A stretch of DNA of 63,524 bases, filler included, from Saprolegnia diclina VS20 (taxonomy: Eukaryota): NCBI RefSeq assembly GCF_000281045.1. It is 4 parts of 3 records of this genome, joined end to end, with 100 filler letters (N's around TTAATTAATTAA, not from the genome) between each part and the next. Parts side by side here need not be neighbours in the genome. Positions count along the whole stretch, not along the records: positions 1 to 28,442 come from NW_008246119.1; 3 more parts are not named here. One strand, written 5' to 3'. The notes below the pieces were generated by a model, which worked only from the letters and a program-made list of their open reading frames with translations, did not search any database and had not been told where the DNA came from. The translations under genes were made by a program, and so were the position numbers. Shown here in pieces: positions 11,131 to 21,773 of the stretch. Positions within the stretch are counted from its first letter, which is position 1; each line of letters starts with the position of its first letter.

Positions 11131-13705
11131 TCACAAGAGGCGCAAGATCTTATCGTGTCTTAGACCACGCGGCGGTTGCGCAACGAGTCGCTGCGTGGTT
11201 GGCCGCCCTCGTTCATCGTGCCGTTTATCGTGTTGCGCATCGCAGGCGGCATGACCGTGACCATCTCGGCTACAAAGAGCCTGTGAGATCTTATGGCGTG
11301 CAGTCCTCGTACCTTGCTCGACGCCGCGGAACTGCAGCTGGAGACGGCGGCCGCGGCCACGGGCGTAAATAACACCGATCGTGGCGAGGATCGCAATCGC
11401 CGCAATCACCAAGACGACCCAGAGCGTCGGTCCAAACGACGAGCTGATGCTGTTGCCGCCAGTCGTGCTGCGGACCGTCGTGCACCGCGGGCCACCCCAG
11501 ACCTACGACCGCCATATGAGCGTCCGTCAGGGCCAAATTGCAAGGTATCGGACCGTGGGCGAGAGGCAGACGCAGCGGCCGTTGAGCTTGGTCTTGTCGC
11601 ACGAGCCCGAGATGACTTGGACGCCACCGGTGGCGCTGAGCGGCAGCGTGCAGTCGTCGTTGGACGTGCAGGACGCGCCGCCGTCAACCATGATGACTGG
11701 GTTGTTGAGGTCCTCATAGTTGGCCAGGTTCCTACGCGCGAGCGGTTGGTTTGCGAAACAAAATGACGAGCTCGTACGAAGCAATGTACTCGGCCGTCGG
11801 GTGCGAGCGAGGGTCGCACCCGACCGACATGCCCGTGGCGCTTTGCCACACGCGAATGTAGTCGACCTTGAGGTACAGCGGGAACGCGTCGCAGATCTTG
11901 TTGATCTTGGCGTCATTGCCCGCGCCACGGCAGGGCTGGCCCGGGTTGGGCGGCGTCGTGCCCCAGCTCGTCGAGAGCGCCGTGTTGAAAATCATGTACA
12001 TGGGCTCCTCGATCATCATCTTCTTCGGGTTGATCTTCGCCTTGTCCGTGTTGGCCGGGTCTTGCGGCGGGTCGGTGAGCGACGACGCCGAAATCTCAAA
12101 GATCGGGTTGCCCTCCACCATCCAGCGCACGTAGCCCGTGGTCCCCATGACCCTACGTCCAAGACTCCGTCCGAGTATCTGGCACATCGGTCCTACCATT
12201 CGAGCTGGTACTTGAGAAACGACGTGTACGCGGTCAGCTGGATCGGCCAGTTGGCCGAGATCGCATCGAGCTGGTAGTTGAACGACGGAATCGCATTGCC
12301 GTTCGAGTTGCCGCCCCAGAGCGGCTGCCCGCAGCGCGGATCCGTGTTGAACGGGTCGCACAAATACGCACCATTGTAGCTACACTGCGCATGAGCCCAC
12401 GGCCACCTCTAAATGATGGACAGACCCGTTGATGACGGGCATGCACGTGCCGTCGTCGTTGATGCCCCAGTAGTGCGACCCCTTGTCGTCAACGAGACCG
12501 AGGTAGCCGTTGACGTCGTTGGAGGCCGGACACGTGTCGATCGTGCACGCATTTTGCGTGATCCCGGCCGTGAGCGACGCGTTAATGGTGGCGGCCGCCT
12601 GTTTCTTGGTCGCCAGCGGTGTGCAGAGCCGGGACGGCGCATACTTGAGCCCTTGGTACCACGTGCGGTAGCCGCGGGTCGTGGCCATGGACGACGGCAC
12701 GTCCGGGAGGTTGGCGCCCACGGTTTTGCAGGTCTGCGTGTAGATGCAGGCGCCGTTCTCACCGGTCGGCGGCACCACGCGAAACTTAGACGGCATGCCC
12801 GGCGAGATCTGGATCGACGACGAAATGTCGCTGCCGCCGCCTTCGAGGATGTCGATTTCGGGCGCGCCGCGGCCTTGGTTGGGGTTGAGGCCAAAGCCCG
12901 GGTTCGAGTTGCAGGCCGAGATGGCTTGGTTCTTCCGCGAGTCGTCGTCGCAAACGTCGTAGGACCACGGCCACATGCGCGTCGTCGACGCCGTGAAGAG
13001 CGCGCGACCCAAGTTGCCCAACAGCCACACGCCGGGCCACGTCGGGTAATAGAAGCCTAGACAGAGATGAGAAGAGAGAAGTGGTGAGTGCGAGCATACC
13101 GCCCGTGACGCGGCCTTTCGGGTCGCTCAAGTCGGGGTTGCCAGACGCGGCCGTGACGACGCCCGGTTGCTGGACGTTGACTTCGATGAAACCACCTTGC
13201 ATGCAAAACTTGTTCCAGGACTGGAGCATGCCACTGCGGTACCACTACGTAGATGCTGAGCGCGACAAGACGACAAGGCAAGTCGTACCATTTGACTTTG
13301 CTGGAACCCCGGCGGGTTCTTGTACATGTTGTACACGGTAAACTTGATGTCGTCGTGCATCGTCTTGATCTGCATGTAGCCACCGGTCGCATCGAGCTGC
13401 GTGCTCGTCATGTTGATCGAGTAGTACTCAAGCGCTGCGTTCACGCCGTCGGCGAGCTCCATCGCCGTCCAGAGATGGTCCTTGCCGGCGGAAAAGTCAC
13501 GTCCCGGGCGGTTGAACTCGTCACTCATGACGAGGTTCCAAGTTTCGCCGCGCGACGTCGTGACCGTGGCGGCGCTCTTGGGCGTGTCGGCGTCGACCCA
13601 TGTCCCGAGGCCGCTCTTGGCCGGGTACGTCGTATCTGCGCCCATGGCGCCGGTGCTAAGGAGGGCGGCCATGGCCATGGCCGCGAGGTGCGTCGTTGGC
13701 CTCAT
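11131..13705 (-). CDS. KRE6/SKN1-like beta-glucan synthesis-associated protein (GH16), multi-exon; 3' end approximate
   Basis: Signal peptide; WVDADTP, LVMSDEFN, MLQSWNKFC, WLLGNLGRA, GRGAPEIDILEG (GH16 ExDxxE), EEPMYMIFN, VDYIRVWQ; C-terminal Cys-rich segment and TM helix. Confidence 0.9.
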
Positions 13706-14175
13706 GGTTGTCCGCTTCGAGTGTGGCTGGCAATCGGACCAACCGCCTCAAAATCGAATTGGCGAATATTTCATGAAAATCTTTTTTCGCAGAAATAGTC
13801 GGCAATCGACTTCTAACAACTCCTATACCCTTGTTTCAAAGGAGTTTCACTTTGGCATATCTTGTTTTTTGTATGAAAGTGTCATACTTTGGTAACAAGA
13901 TTGTGCAGTTTGTTTCTAGGGAACATTCAATGGCAAAGCCAGACCCTTGCCTCCGGCTCGCCACGCCTCTTCAAGGAGCTCGCACGGCTCGAGGTCCATC
14001 CCGCCATCCAACCGGCTACGAGCAGCAGCGTAGACCGAAGGTTTGGAGGGTCCAGCGTATCGTGACAAAGGTTGGATGCGTCCTCCAGTATCAAGGCAAT
14101 CCGTCGCTCGTTGCTATCCCGGAGGAGACCACTTGTTTTGAAGGAATCGCCCGTCCGACGAGTTCCATCATTGTC

Positions 14176-14658
14176 ATGCCAGCGCTGCTCGAAGTCGGGT
14201 TCTGGTGCAAGGACGAAGCGGACCTGCTAGACGGGCGGCCCCATCCGCGCACGCTCCAGGAACCTGTATGGTTTGCCGCGAACGCGGACCTTGCGGCGTC
14301 CGTCGTCGACTACCTTCGGACGCAAGGCTGCGTCGAGTCGTACGAGATGGGCTACAGCTTTTGTCGGCTCGGCGACGCCTGCCCGCCCAAGAGTATGGGC
14401 GCGTGCACGATGACCGATGGCGTCTACTGCTGGCCAGAAGGCTATGCGCACTACTTGGACGTGCATTGCGTGCGTCCACCGCAGGACCTTGTTGACCACA
14501 TCCTCGCCCAGCCGCGGACGTTGCCGCCATCGCGCCTCGATCTCTGGGACCATGCCACCCACCAGCGCATATCGATGCCCCTCGCGATGCAGTCCATGGT
14601 GCTTGCCAACACGACGCTGACGGTGCGCGAAGAGACGCCGTCGTGTGCAGTCTCGTAA
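14176..14658 (+). CDS. Small intronless hypothetical protein with a putative Cys/His metal site
   Basis: Coding-like GC3; motifs VGFW, GYSFCRLGDAC, MGACTMTDGVYCWPEGYAHYLDVH. Confidence 0.7.
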   Translation: MPALLEVGFWCKDEADLLDGRPHPRTLQEPVWFAANADLAASVVDYLRTQGCVESYEMGYSFCRLGDACPPKSMGACTMTDGVYCWPEGYAHYLDVHCVRPPQDLVDHILAQPRTLPPSRLDLWDHATHQRISMPLAMQSMVLANTTLTVREETPSCAVS

Positions 14659-14695
14659 AAAATGACGTCGTCGTATCGTAGTCTTATTGTCAGTC

Positions 14696-15895
14696 TTATG
14701 TATCTTTAGTGCAAAAGTTTTGGTGCTGTCGCAGCGCGCGCTGCTCCTCAAATGTCTTTTCGCACATGCTGCATGTCCACTTGGCGACCGCAACCGGCTG
14801 CAGCGTCGACAGGTGGGCCGTGAGCGCGGTCGCGCTTGGAAACAACTCCATACAAATCGGGCACTGCGCCGCCTCTTTGGTTTCCGTCAACGTCGGCGCG
14901 TGGCCGTACCAGTCGGGGCTAATGCGACTGTCCTTGCCGTGCTTGGCGAGAAGATGTTGCTGGAGCGCCTCGGCGTCCTGGAACTCGCGGCCATTGCAGT
15001 GCGAGCAGCGAAAATCGTCGGCGTCGGCCTTGCCGCGCTTGCGCTTCTTGATGCACAGCTCGTGCACCATGCGCAAATGTGTCTTTAAGCCCTGAGCGGT
15101 GGCAAAGCGCTTGCCGCCACAGGCTGGATCGTCGCAGGCCACGCCGGCATCGCTTGATGGCAATGTCGTCGGCGTCGTCGTCGTTGCCACCGGCGTCGTG
15201 CCGTCGCGTCGCCGGCCAAAGCCAAAGATCGTACTTTGCTGTTCGAGCTTCTCACCGTGCAAGAGGATGCGATGGAAACTCTTATCGCTCTGGTGGCGCT
15301 TGCGCTGGTAGCCTCTCGGCTCGGTCCACAGCTCATTTTTGCAGCAGACGAGGTCGAGCGCGTCTGCGCGCTTGAGGATCTCCCAGCGCTTGGGCTGGTC
15401 ACGCGCCAACGTCACAAACACCTATGTACACTCAGCGTGAGGCGCGTATATGGGAGGGTGGTCGTGTACCTTGCCACCCGGTCGAAGCACGCGCAGCGCC
15501 GCGTGGAAGAAATGCGAGAGGAGGCGCCGGTGCCGGTGGACGTCTTCGACGCCCGAGTGCGGATGGTTGAAGACAATACGGTCAAAGTGACTGGCCTCGT
15601 CGTTTTCAAAGGCTGCGAGGTTCGTCGCGTCGACATCGTGCAGCACGGTCGCCGAGACGGCGGCCGAGCCAGCGCCAAGGGCGTCAAGGTTGCTGCGTAC
15701 CATGGCATACTTGTCCTCAAGCGCCGAGAGCGAGTCAAAGGTGGACGCCGTGAGCTCTATCGTTGGCGTATCAACGTCCAGGTCACGCCAGTTCTCTGGG
15801 TCGAGCAAGCAGCGCGAGTACGAGAGGTCGCCGTCGCCGACGGTCAAGACCCGGCAACCCATCAAGGCCAACAAATGAGCGAACTGCAAGTGCAA
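14696..15895 (-). CDS. BMT5-like (DUF2431) rRNA m3U methyltransferase domain plus C2H2 zinc fingers; at least 2 exons, start uncertain (ATG at 15862 or an upstream exon)
   Basis: VLTVGDGDLSYS, DVDATNL, FDRIVFNHPHSG, LRPGGK, GYQRKRHQSDKSF motifs; four C2H2/C2HC-like fingers at the C-terminus. Confidence 0.85.
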
Positions 15896-16122
15896 TCGAT
15901 GTATTCCGAAATAGTGTTATATGGTCCGACCTGGCACCTTCAAGAGACAACAGCGATAAGAAGGCGCAAAGGTGACTCAAGGCTACGCCTGCGGTGTATC
16001 TTGGACATGCAATCGACAGCGCCGAGTCAGCGATGTCATGAAGACTGATGGGCGTCGACTGTTCCAACGCGAGGTCATTCTAGATATCACACTATACATT
16101 ATACACACTAAAACAAGGTCGC

Positions 16123-17235
16123 ATGGGCTGTATCACAAATAAAATGCTGTCACGGCTCGTGCACCTGCAGCGGCCCGCGCTGGCGGGGCGGGCGACGCTA
16201 CGTCGCCTCCCACCGCGCGTCCACCAACGCGTCGTCACCCGCCATCATGTCCAAGCGGACGGCAGCGTCGCTGGCCTCGGCTTTGTCGGCCTTGGCCTCG
16301 CGGTCACAGCCGTCACGACGTCGAAGATGAGCCTTCTCGACTTTCTCGAAGATAGCGTACATCTCGTCGCGGGCAAGATGCGCCAAGCCGTACGTCCTCG
16401 CTTCATGAAACATGCCATACTAATGCATGCTCTACCTCGTAGTATGGCGATGAGAACCGACGCATCCTCGTCCAGCTCCTCGGTGCAAACGCGATGGTGT
16501 TTGGGCTCTGGAACGTCTCGCACCGGAGCCCGCGCCTCGCGCGCTTCATGTGGCACCACTTTGCGTGCTCGTACAACGGCGTCGTGCACGAGCGGCGCCT
16601 GCACACGCTGCTCACAAGTGCGTTCAGCCACATCACGCTGACGCACTTTGGCATCAACATGTACATGCTCTGGCACTTTGGCTCGGCGATTCTGCCGCCG
16701 GTCGACACGCCCGAGAACGGCTACGTGGCCACGCTCACGAACGGCACGTGGTTCGAGTCGGTCTCGAGGCCGTTCGGGTACCACCCGCCGCGCACGCTCA
16801 CTGCGACCGAGTTTGGCAGCGTATACTTTTCCTCTGCGATTGCGTCGTCCGTGCTCAGCGCCGTCGTGTCGGGTGCCATGGGCTCGCCCCTTCGTACTCT
16901 AGCCGTCTCTGGCTATGGCTAAACCATCTATTCTGTCTAGTCTACTCGATCGGTGCCAGCGGAGCGGTCTTCGGTATCCTCACCTCGTACTGCGTGCTGC
17001 GCCCCAACCAAGAGGTGCATACCGCCATGCAGTTTGTATGTGACGATATGCGTTGTAGCTCTACTTGTACGGTATGCTGCCCCTCACGGCGTCCGACTTG
17101 CTCAAGGTGTCGGTCGGTGTCAACGCGGTCGGCTCGATCTTGCAGCATGCCAAGCAGGCGGTGATCGCGCCGGGCATTGATTTTGTCGGCCACCTCGGCG
17201 GCCAAGGCACGGCCTATGTGCTCACACTCAAGTAG
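16123..17235 (+). CDS. Rhomboid-family intramembrane serine protease, mitochondrial PARL/Pcp1-like (multi-exon)
   Basis: Arg-rich presequence; TLLTSAFSHITLTHFGINMYMLWHFG, catalytic GASGAVFG and GHLGG motifs. Confidence 0.85.
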
Positions 17236-17312
17236 TCGTCACGGAAGACCAAGTAGCCGAGCAATGGGTGGTGATCTATTAAACTTGGTCGGATATCCTA
17301 CTGCGCTCCTTC

Positions 17313-18757
17313 TTACATGATGCACGCCTGCTTGAAGACCTTGACGGGCACGTTCTTGGTCATAAGGCGCAAGAACGAGACCTCCGTGGGCGTCAAGTCC
17401 TCTACACAACGCATCGTGAGACAATGACACGAGTATAAAAGTATACTCTTCCAAAAGTTGATGCTGCGGAGGTACGCGATGAGCTGGTCGAGCTCTTCGT
17501 GCGAGTACGGGTGCATGACCTTGCGCAGGCGTTTGCAGTCGACCTGGTGTGTAAACTTGAAGGCCGACGGAAAGTTCTTGGTCGTCGCCGCGACAAAGAG
17601 CCCGTTCGCGAGCGACCGGTCCTCGCGGTGGCCCGTCTCGTCGACGTCGGCGAGCGCGTGGATGAACGAGATGTCGCGCGGCGCCACGTTGTGGCCTTCG
17701 TAGCCAAAGACCGTCTTTTCGAAAAGCGTGTTGTACTCGTCGATCGCGATGAGCACCGGGAACTTGGTCACCTTGGCGAGCTCGGCGCGGAGGTCGACGA
17801 GCGCGGCGCACGAGAGCAAGTCGTCCTTCAAGCCGTTCTCGGCCATGTCGAGCAGCGTGAGCGACGCCTTGTCGTACTCGGACGTGCTCTTCGGCTTCTT
17901 CTCAAACGTGTGCGGGTAGTACTTGTCACCATAGTCGGCCGAGAGCGAGAGCTCGGCGAGCTGGTGGCCGTGGCTCTGGATGAGCTGCTTGAGCACGTCC
18001 ATGGCCACGACATCAATGTCGTACTTGCCCTGGATGTGCGCCGACTTGGTCACGTACGGCGCGTCGTAGCACCACGCGCGGACGTGGGGCGCAAAGAGCA
18101 CGATCCAGCCGTTCTCGCGGGCAAAGTTGACGATCTGGAGCAAAGCCACGCTACGGAGGCTTAGCACACGCGCGTCGCTCGACGGTAGATGTACCTCTTG
18201 CCCGTGCCACGCTCGCCGTCAAGGACAAAGGCCTTCTCGGGCCAGTGGGCCGGCCAGTTGTTGGGAAAGTCTAGGATCGCCCATGGCGTGAGCCGTGCAT
18301 TCCTGCAACGCGTGCGGGCGTCGTACCCTTCATGACCGAGAGGATGTCCAAGGTCGGCTTGCGGAGCATAAACTGCTTCTGCGGCTCCGTGAGCTCGAAA
18401 TACTCCTTGATGCGCTTGGGCATGCTACAAGCGCGATCATGGAGCTCGTCCATCAGAATGTGCTGCACTCGTACCCTTCGGGAAAGTTGTTCTTGATCTG
18501 GGCATCCGAGAGCTCAAAAAACTTGAGCAAGTCCTCCTTCTCGACCTACATATATGCATGCATGAGCGCTGGCGAGCGCAGCGTCGCCAAACCTGCGAGA
18601 TCGGGTGGGCCGCCGAGATGGCCTTGACGCCGGCGGGGGCGGCCTCGGTCGCTTCCGCAGCCACGGGCGCCTCCGTCGAGAAGGCCGCCAAGCGCGAGGC
18701 CTGGACGAAGCGCAGGCGCGACGCGCGGGGAATCAATTTCGCTGCCGTCGAGAGCAT
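17313..18757 (-). CDS. DAP3: Mitochondrial small ribosomal subunit protein mS29/DAP3 (multi-exon)
   Basis: Mitochondrial presequence (MLSTAAKLIPRASRLRF); MLRKPTLDIL, P-loop LDGERGTGKS, ARENGWIVLFAP, PVLIAIDEYN. Confidence 0.88.
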
Positions 18758-19227
18758 GATGGACCAAGAGCTAAACTCGACCAACCAAACGCCCAGCCCA
18801 GTCCATCCGGACGGGATCCGGATACACGTTAGCCATCCGGCGTCCGGTTGTCGTATTGGTGGCGTTCGTTTAGTCATACACTATTCGTCTTTTTGGAATG
18901 CATCATTGCGCAGAAGGTCTGCGATCGCAGCGTATTTCGACGGTAACAAGACGCCGCACCGCGACTGCATCGGTTGTCGGTGTATCGAGGTGATGTGCGC
19001 CGATACGATTCCAGGCCATTCCAGGCGGTTGTTTCGAGTGAAAGCAAGCGAAGTCGGGCTGTCGATAACACTAAATACAGTCGTACTTAACAAGAATATA
19101 TCGTACTTAGCAGGTCTGCCCGTTGTTGCAAATCGGTGGATCTTTGCCGCCATGCCACGCTGCCGGCCACGAGGCTGTGCATGCTGCAGTACCTTACCGT
19201 GCAGAAACACGCAAGATGATTACGAGT

Positions 19228-19782
19228 TTAAGCTGTTGTGTGGAGGTGCACGGGCGTGGCTGTGGGCAGAGCCGGGCGGTCGCCACGGTCCTCGACCAAG
19301 TAGTACTGGGTCGCACCAGCGTCTTCGTAGATGCGCTGGACGAGCAGCGCATAGCGAGAGTCGTCGCATGCTTTGGCCGTGAGTATACGCACGCACGGGT
19401 CAAACTGCAGCGCGGCGGTGGCCATAATGGCATTCGAGGCGACAGACGCGGCCTTGGCAAGGTCGTCGGCGTTGGCGAGCGACATGAGACGCCAGCCCGA
19501 GCTGCAGGAAGGCAGCTTGATAGAGTGCCAGAGCGCGTCGTCGTGGGCAGCGCGGCGGCACACCGTGTCGAGCTTGAGGCCAAAGGGCATGAACGCCAGT
19601 GGCAGGAGTCCGTTGTCGCAGTGCAGGCCCGCTGCGCACGAGCCGGCCGTGCCGCACCAGCCACCGCACGCCTGGCCTTCCAAGCGGTTCGTCGGCGCCT
19701 TCGAGACGAGCTTTGGGTCGCACTCGTACGCGGCGACGATGGCCGCCGAGAGCACAAACGTGGCAGGGCCATAGCGCACCAT
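19228..19782 (-). CDS. Small secreted Cys-rich protein (IGFBP-like N-module, possible cystatin-like C-module)
   Basis: Hydrophobic N-terminal signal (ATFVLSAAIVAA); EGQACGGWCGTAGSCAAGLHC motif; intronless 184 aa. Confidence 0.7.
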   Translation of the reverse strand: MVRYGPATFVLSAAIVAAYECDPKLVSKAPTNRLEGQACGGWCGTAGSCAAGLHCDNGLLPLAFMPFGLKLDTVCRRAAHDDALWHSIKLPSCSSGWRLMSLANADDLAKAASVASNAIMATAALQFDPCVRILTAKACDDSRYALLVQRIYEDAGATQYYLVEDRGDRPALPTATPVHLHTTA

Positions 19783-19874
19783 ACTTCGAATGGGAGGAAT
19801 ATCTCTCTCTGTTGGAGTCCATGTCGCATGAAAATATCGATTTTGGGGGGTTGTCGCATCGACACGAACAATCG

Positions 19875-21018
19875 ATGCAGGCGGTCGTGCGACGACTGCG
19901 CCGCCCGAGTGGCCTCCGTCGCCTCTGCAGCCAGCATGCGGCGCCGCCCAAGGACAGCGCCAAGTTTGACGCGCAGGCGCTCATCTCGCGCCACAAGGCG
20001 TCCTTTGTACGTCATCGCCTCTTGCTTTTGCCATGGCTCATGGACTGGAATGCTACAGAACAAATGGGGCTTGGTCACGATCGGGCTCGGCGGGCTCTGC
20101 CTCGTTGCGTTCGCACCAGAGCTCAAGAACAGCATGAGCAAGACGACGGCTGAGGTTGCGAGCGAGACGCTCCAGAACGAGATGCTCCAGATTCAAACCC
20201 AAGTATGTACCCATCCGCCTGCCCATCGCTATTCGCTGCATCTCGCTTGCATAGGAACTCGCCTCGCAGATCGTCCAGACGGTGCTCAACGACCCCAAGG
20301 TGCTGCATCAAGCGTCGCAGTTTATCAAAAATGTACGCCAACGCGAAAAGATATGGCACTGGAGATGCGCTGTGGTAGCTCTCGGAGACGGAGACGACGC
20401 AGAAAGCGCTCGTCGTCCTCACAAGCAACGTCTTGAACAACCCGCAGACAATGGCGCAAGTCACAAAGCTCTCCAAGCAGCTGCTGCTCAACCTCATGCA
20501 GGTACAGCATTGGATCCTCGGTAGAGCACCCAACGAACATGGTGCAGGACCCAGGGACCATGCGTCAGTTTGTCAACTTGATCAAGAATGCCATCATCGA
20601 CCCCGCGACGCGCGAGAGTGTCATCTCGCTTCTCGAGACGCTCATGCAAGACGAGCGCACGAAGGAGCGCTTGACCAAGCTCGTGGCGCACACGTTTGTG
20701 CAGGAGCCGGTCAAGCGCAGCGTGACGAGCACGATCACGTCTTCGCTCCACGGCGTCATGAGCAACCCCGACATCCAAGTACGAGCACGCATAATGAACG
20801 TCCTCAAACTGCGCTTGTCGTAGGACCACGCCAAGCAGTTCATTGGCGGCGTCGTCCGCGACGAGACGGTGCAGTCACAGAGCGGCGACGCGCTTTGGAA
20901 CACGATGACGTACGTCTTGACGCCGCGATGGGTCTCGTGGTTCTGGCACGGCGAAGACGGTGCGACGCCATCGAGCGACACGACGCCGGCGACCCACGAG
21001 CCGCACCTCAAGTCGTAA
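19875..21018 (+). CDS. Hypothetical alpha-helical protein, probably mitochondrial, one N-terminal TM (6 exons)
   Basis: MQAVVRRLRRPSGLRRLCSQ presequence, TM WGLVTIGLGGLCLVAFA, five in-frame GT..AG introns, ends HEPHLKS*. Confidence 0.75.
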
Positions 21019-21773
21019 CAATGCCCCGGGATGGTCCTCGCAGTCTTGAAGACAGACATCAATGCGCCCAAAGAAACGAGTTAAAGCGTCCTCCTCTGTC
21101 CTACTTGATCTCTGCCGTGTCCTACGCTTGACGACGGCGTGTGCTACTCCTGCCCCATGTCCCGTGGGAGCGGGCCCTCGATGGGAGGACGCCTGTTGGT
21201 CGCGAGCCGCCCAGTTGAATCTGGGCAAGCAGCAGGCCTGCGCGTTCCACAGCCTCATTATTCGACTTGGGTGACCGCAGCTCAAAGGACCCAAGAGGTC
21301 GCCACCCAAGCGCACGACCGTTCGCTTTAGGGTAGGGACGTGTTGACTTGGTATGCTACTTGCTCGAGGAAGCGTCTCATGGAAGCAACCAGTCCGTCGA
21401 GCATGGGAGCACCCAAGCTTATCCCCACCCAGCGTTGCCACGTACTAGAACCCAGAAGGTATAGAAAGGTGGCGTTCAAGTTTCTATGTCTGAGTATTGG
21501 CATGTCGACGGAAATACGCGGCTGAGAGGCGGCGACGGCGTGCGCAGTAATGGTCGTCCGCATCCTCCTCCGTGGTCGTCTCGTGTAGAGAGCCGCCGCC
21601 GACACCCAGTTGGCTGAGCGCAACCATGGGTCAATATGGCGCAACCCATTCCCTTGCTGCAAGTCCACGACAAGATCACCCTTGCGACAAGTCGCGCGCG
21701 TCCATGAGAAGCACCTAAAAAAACACGCTCATCCTCGACGACGACGACATTGCTACATTGCCTCATTTGCAAC

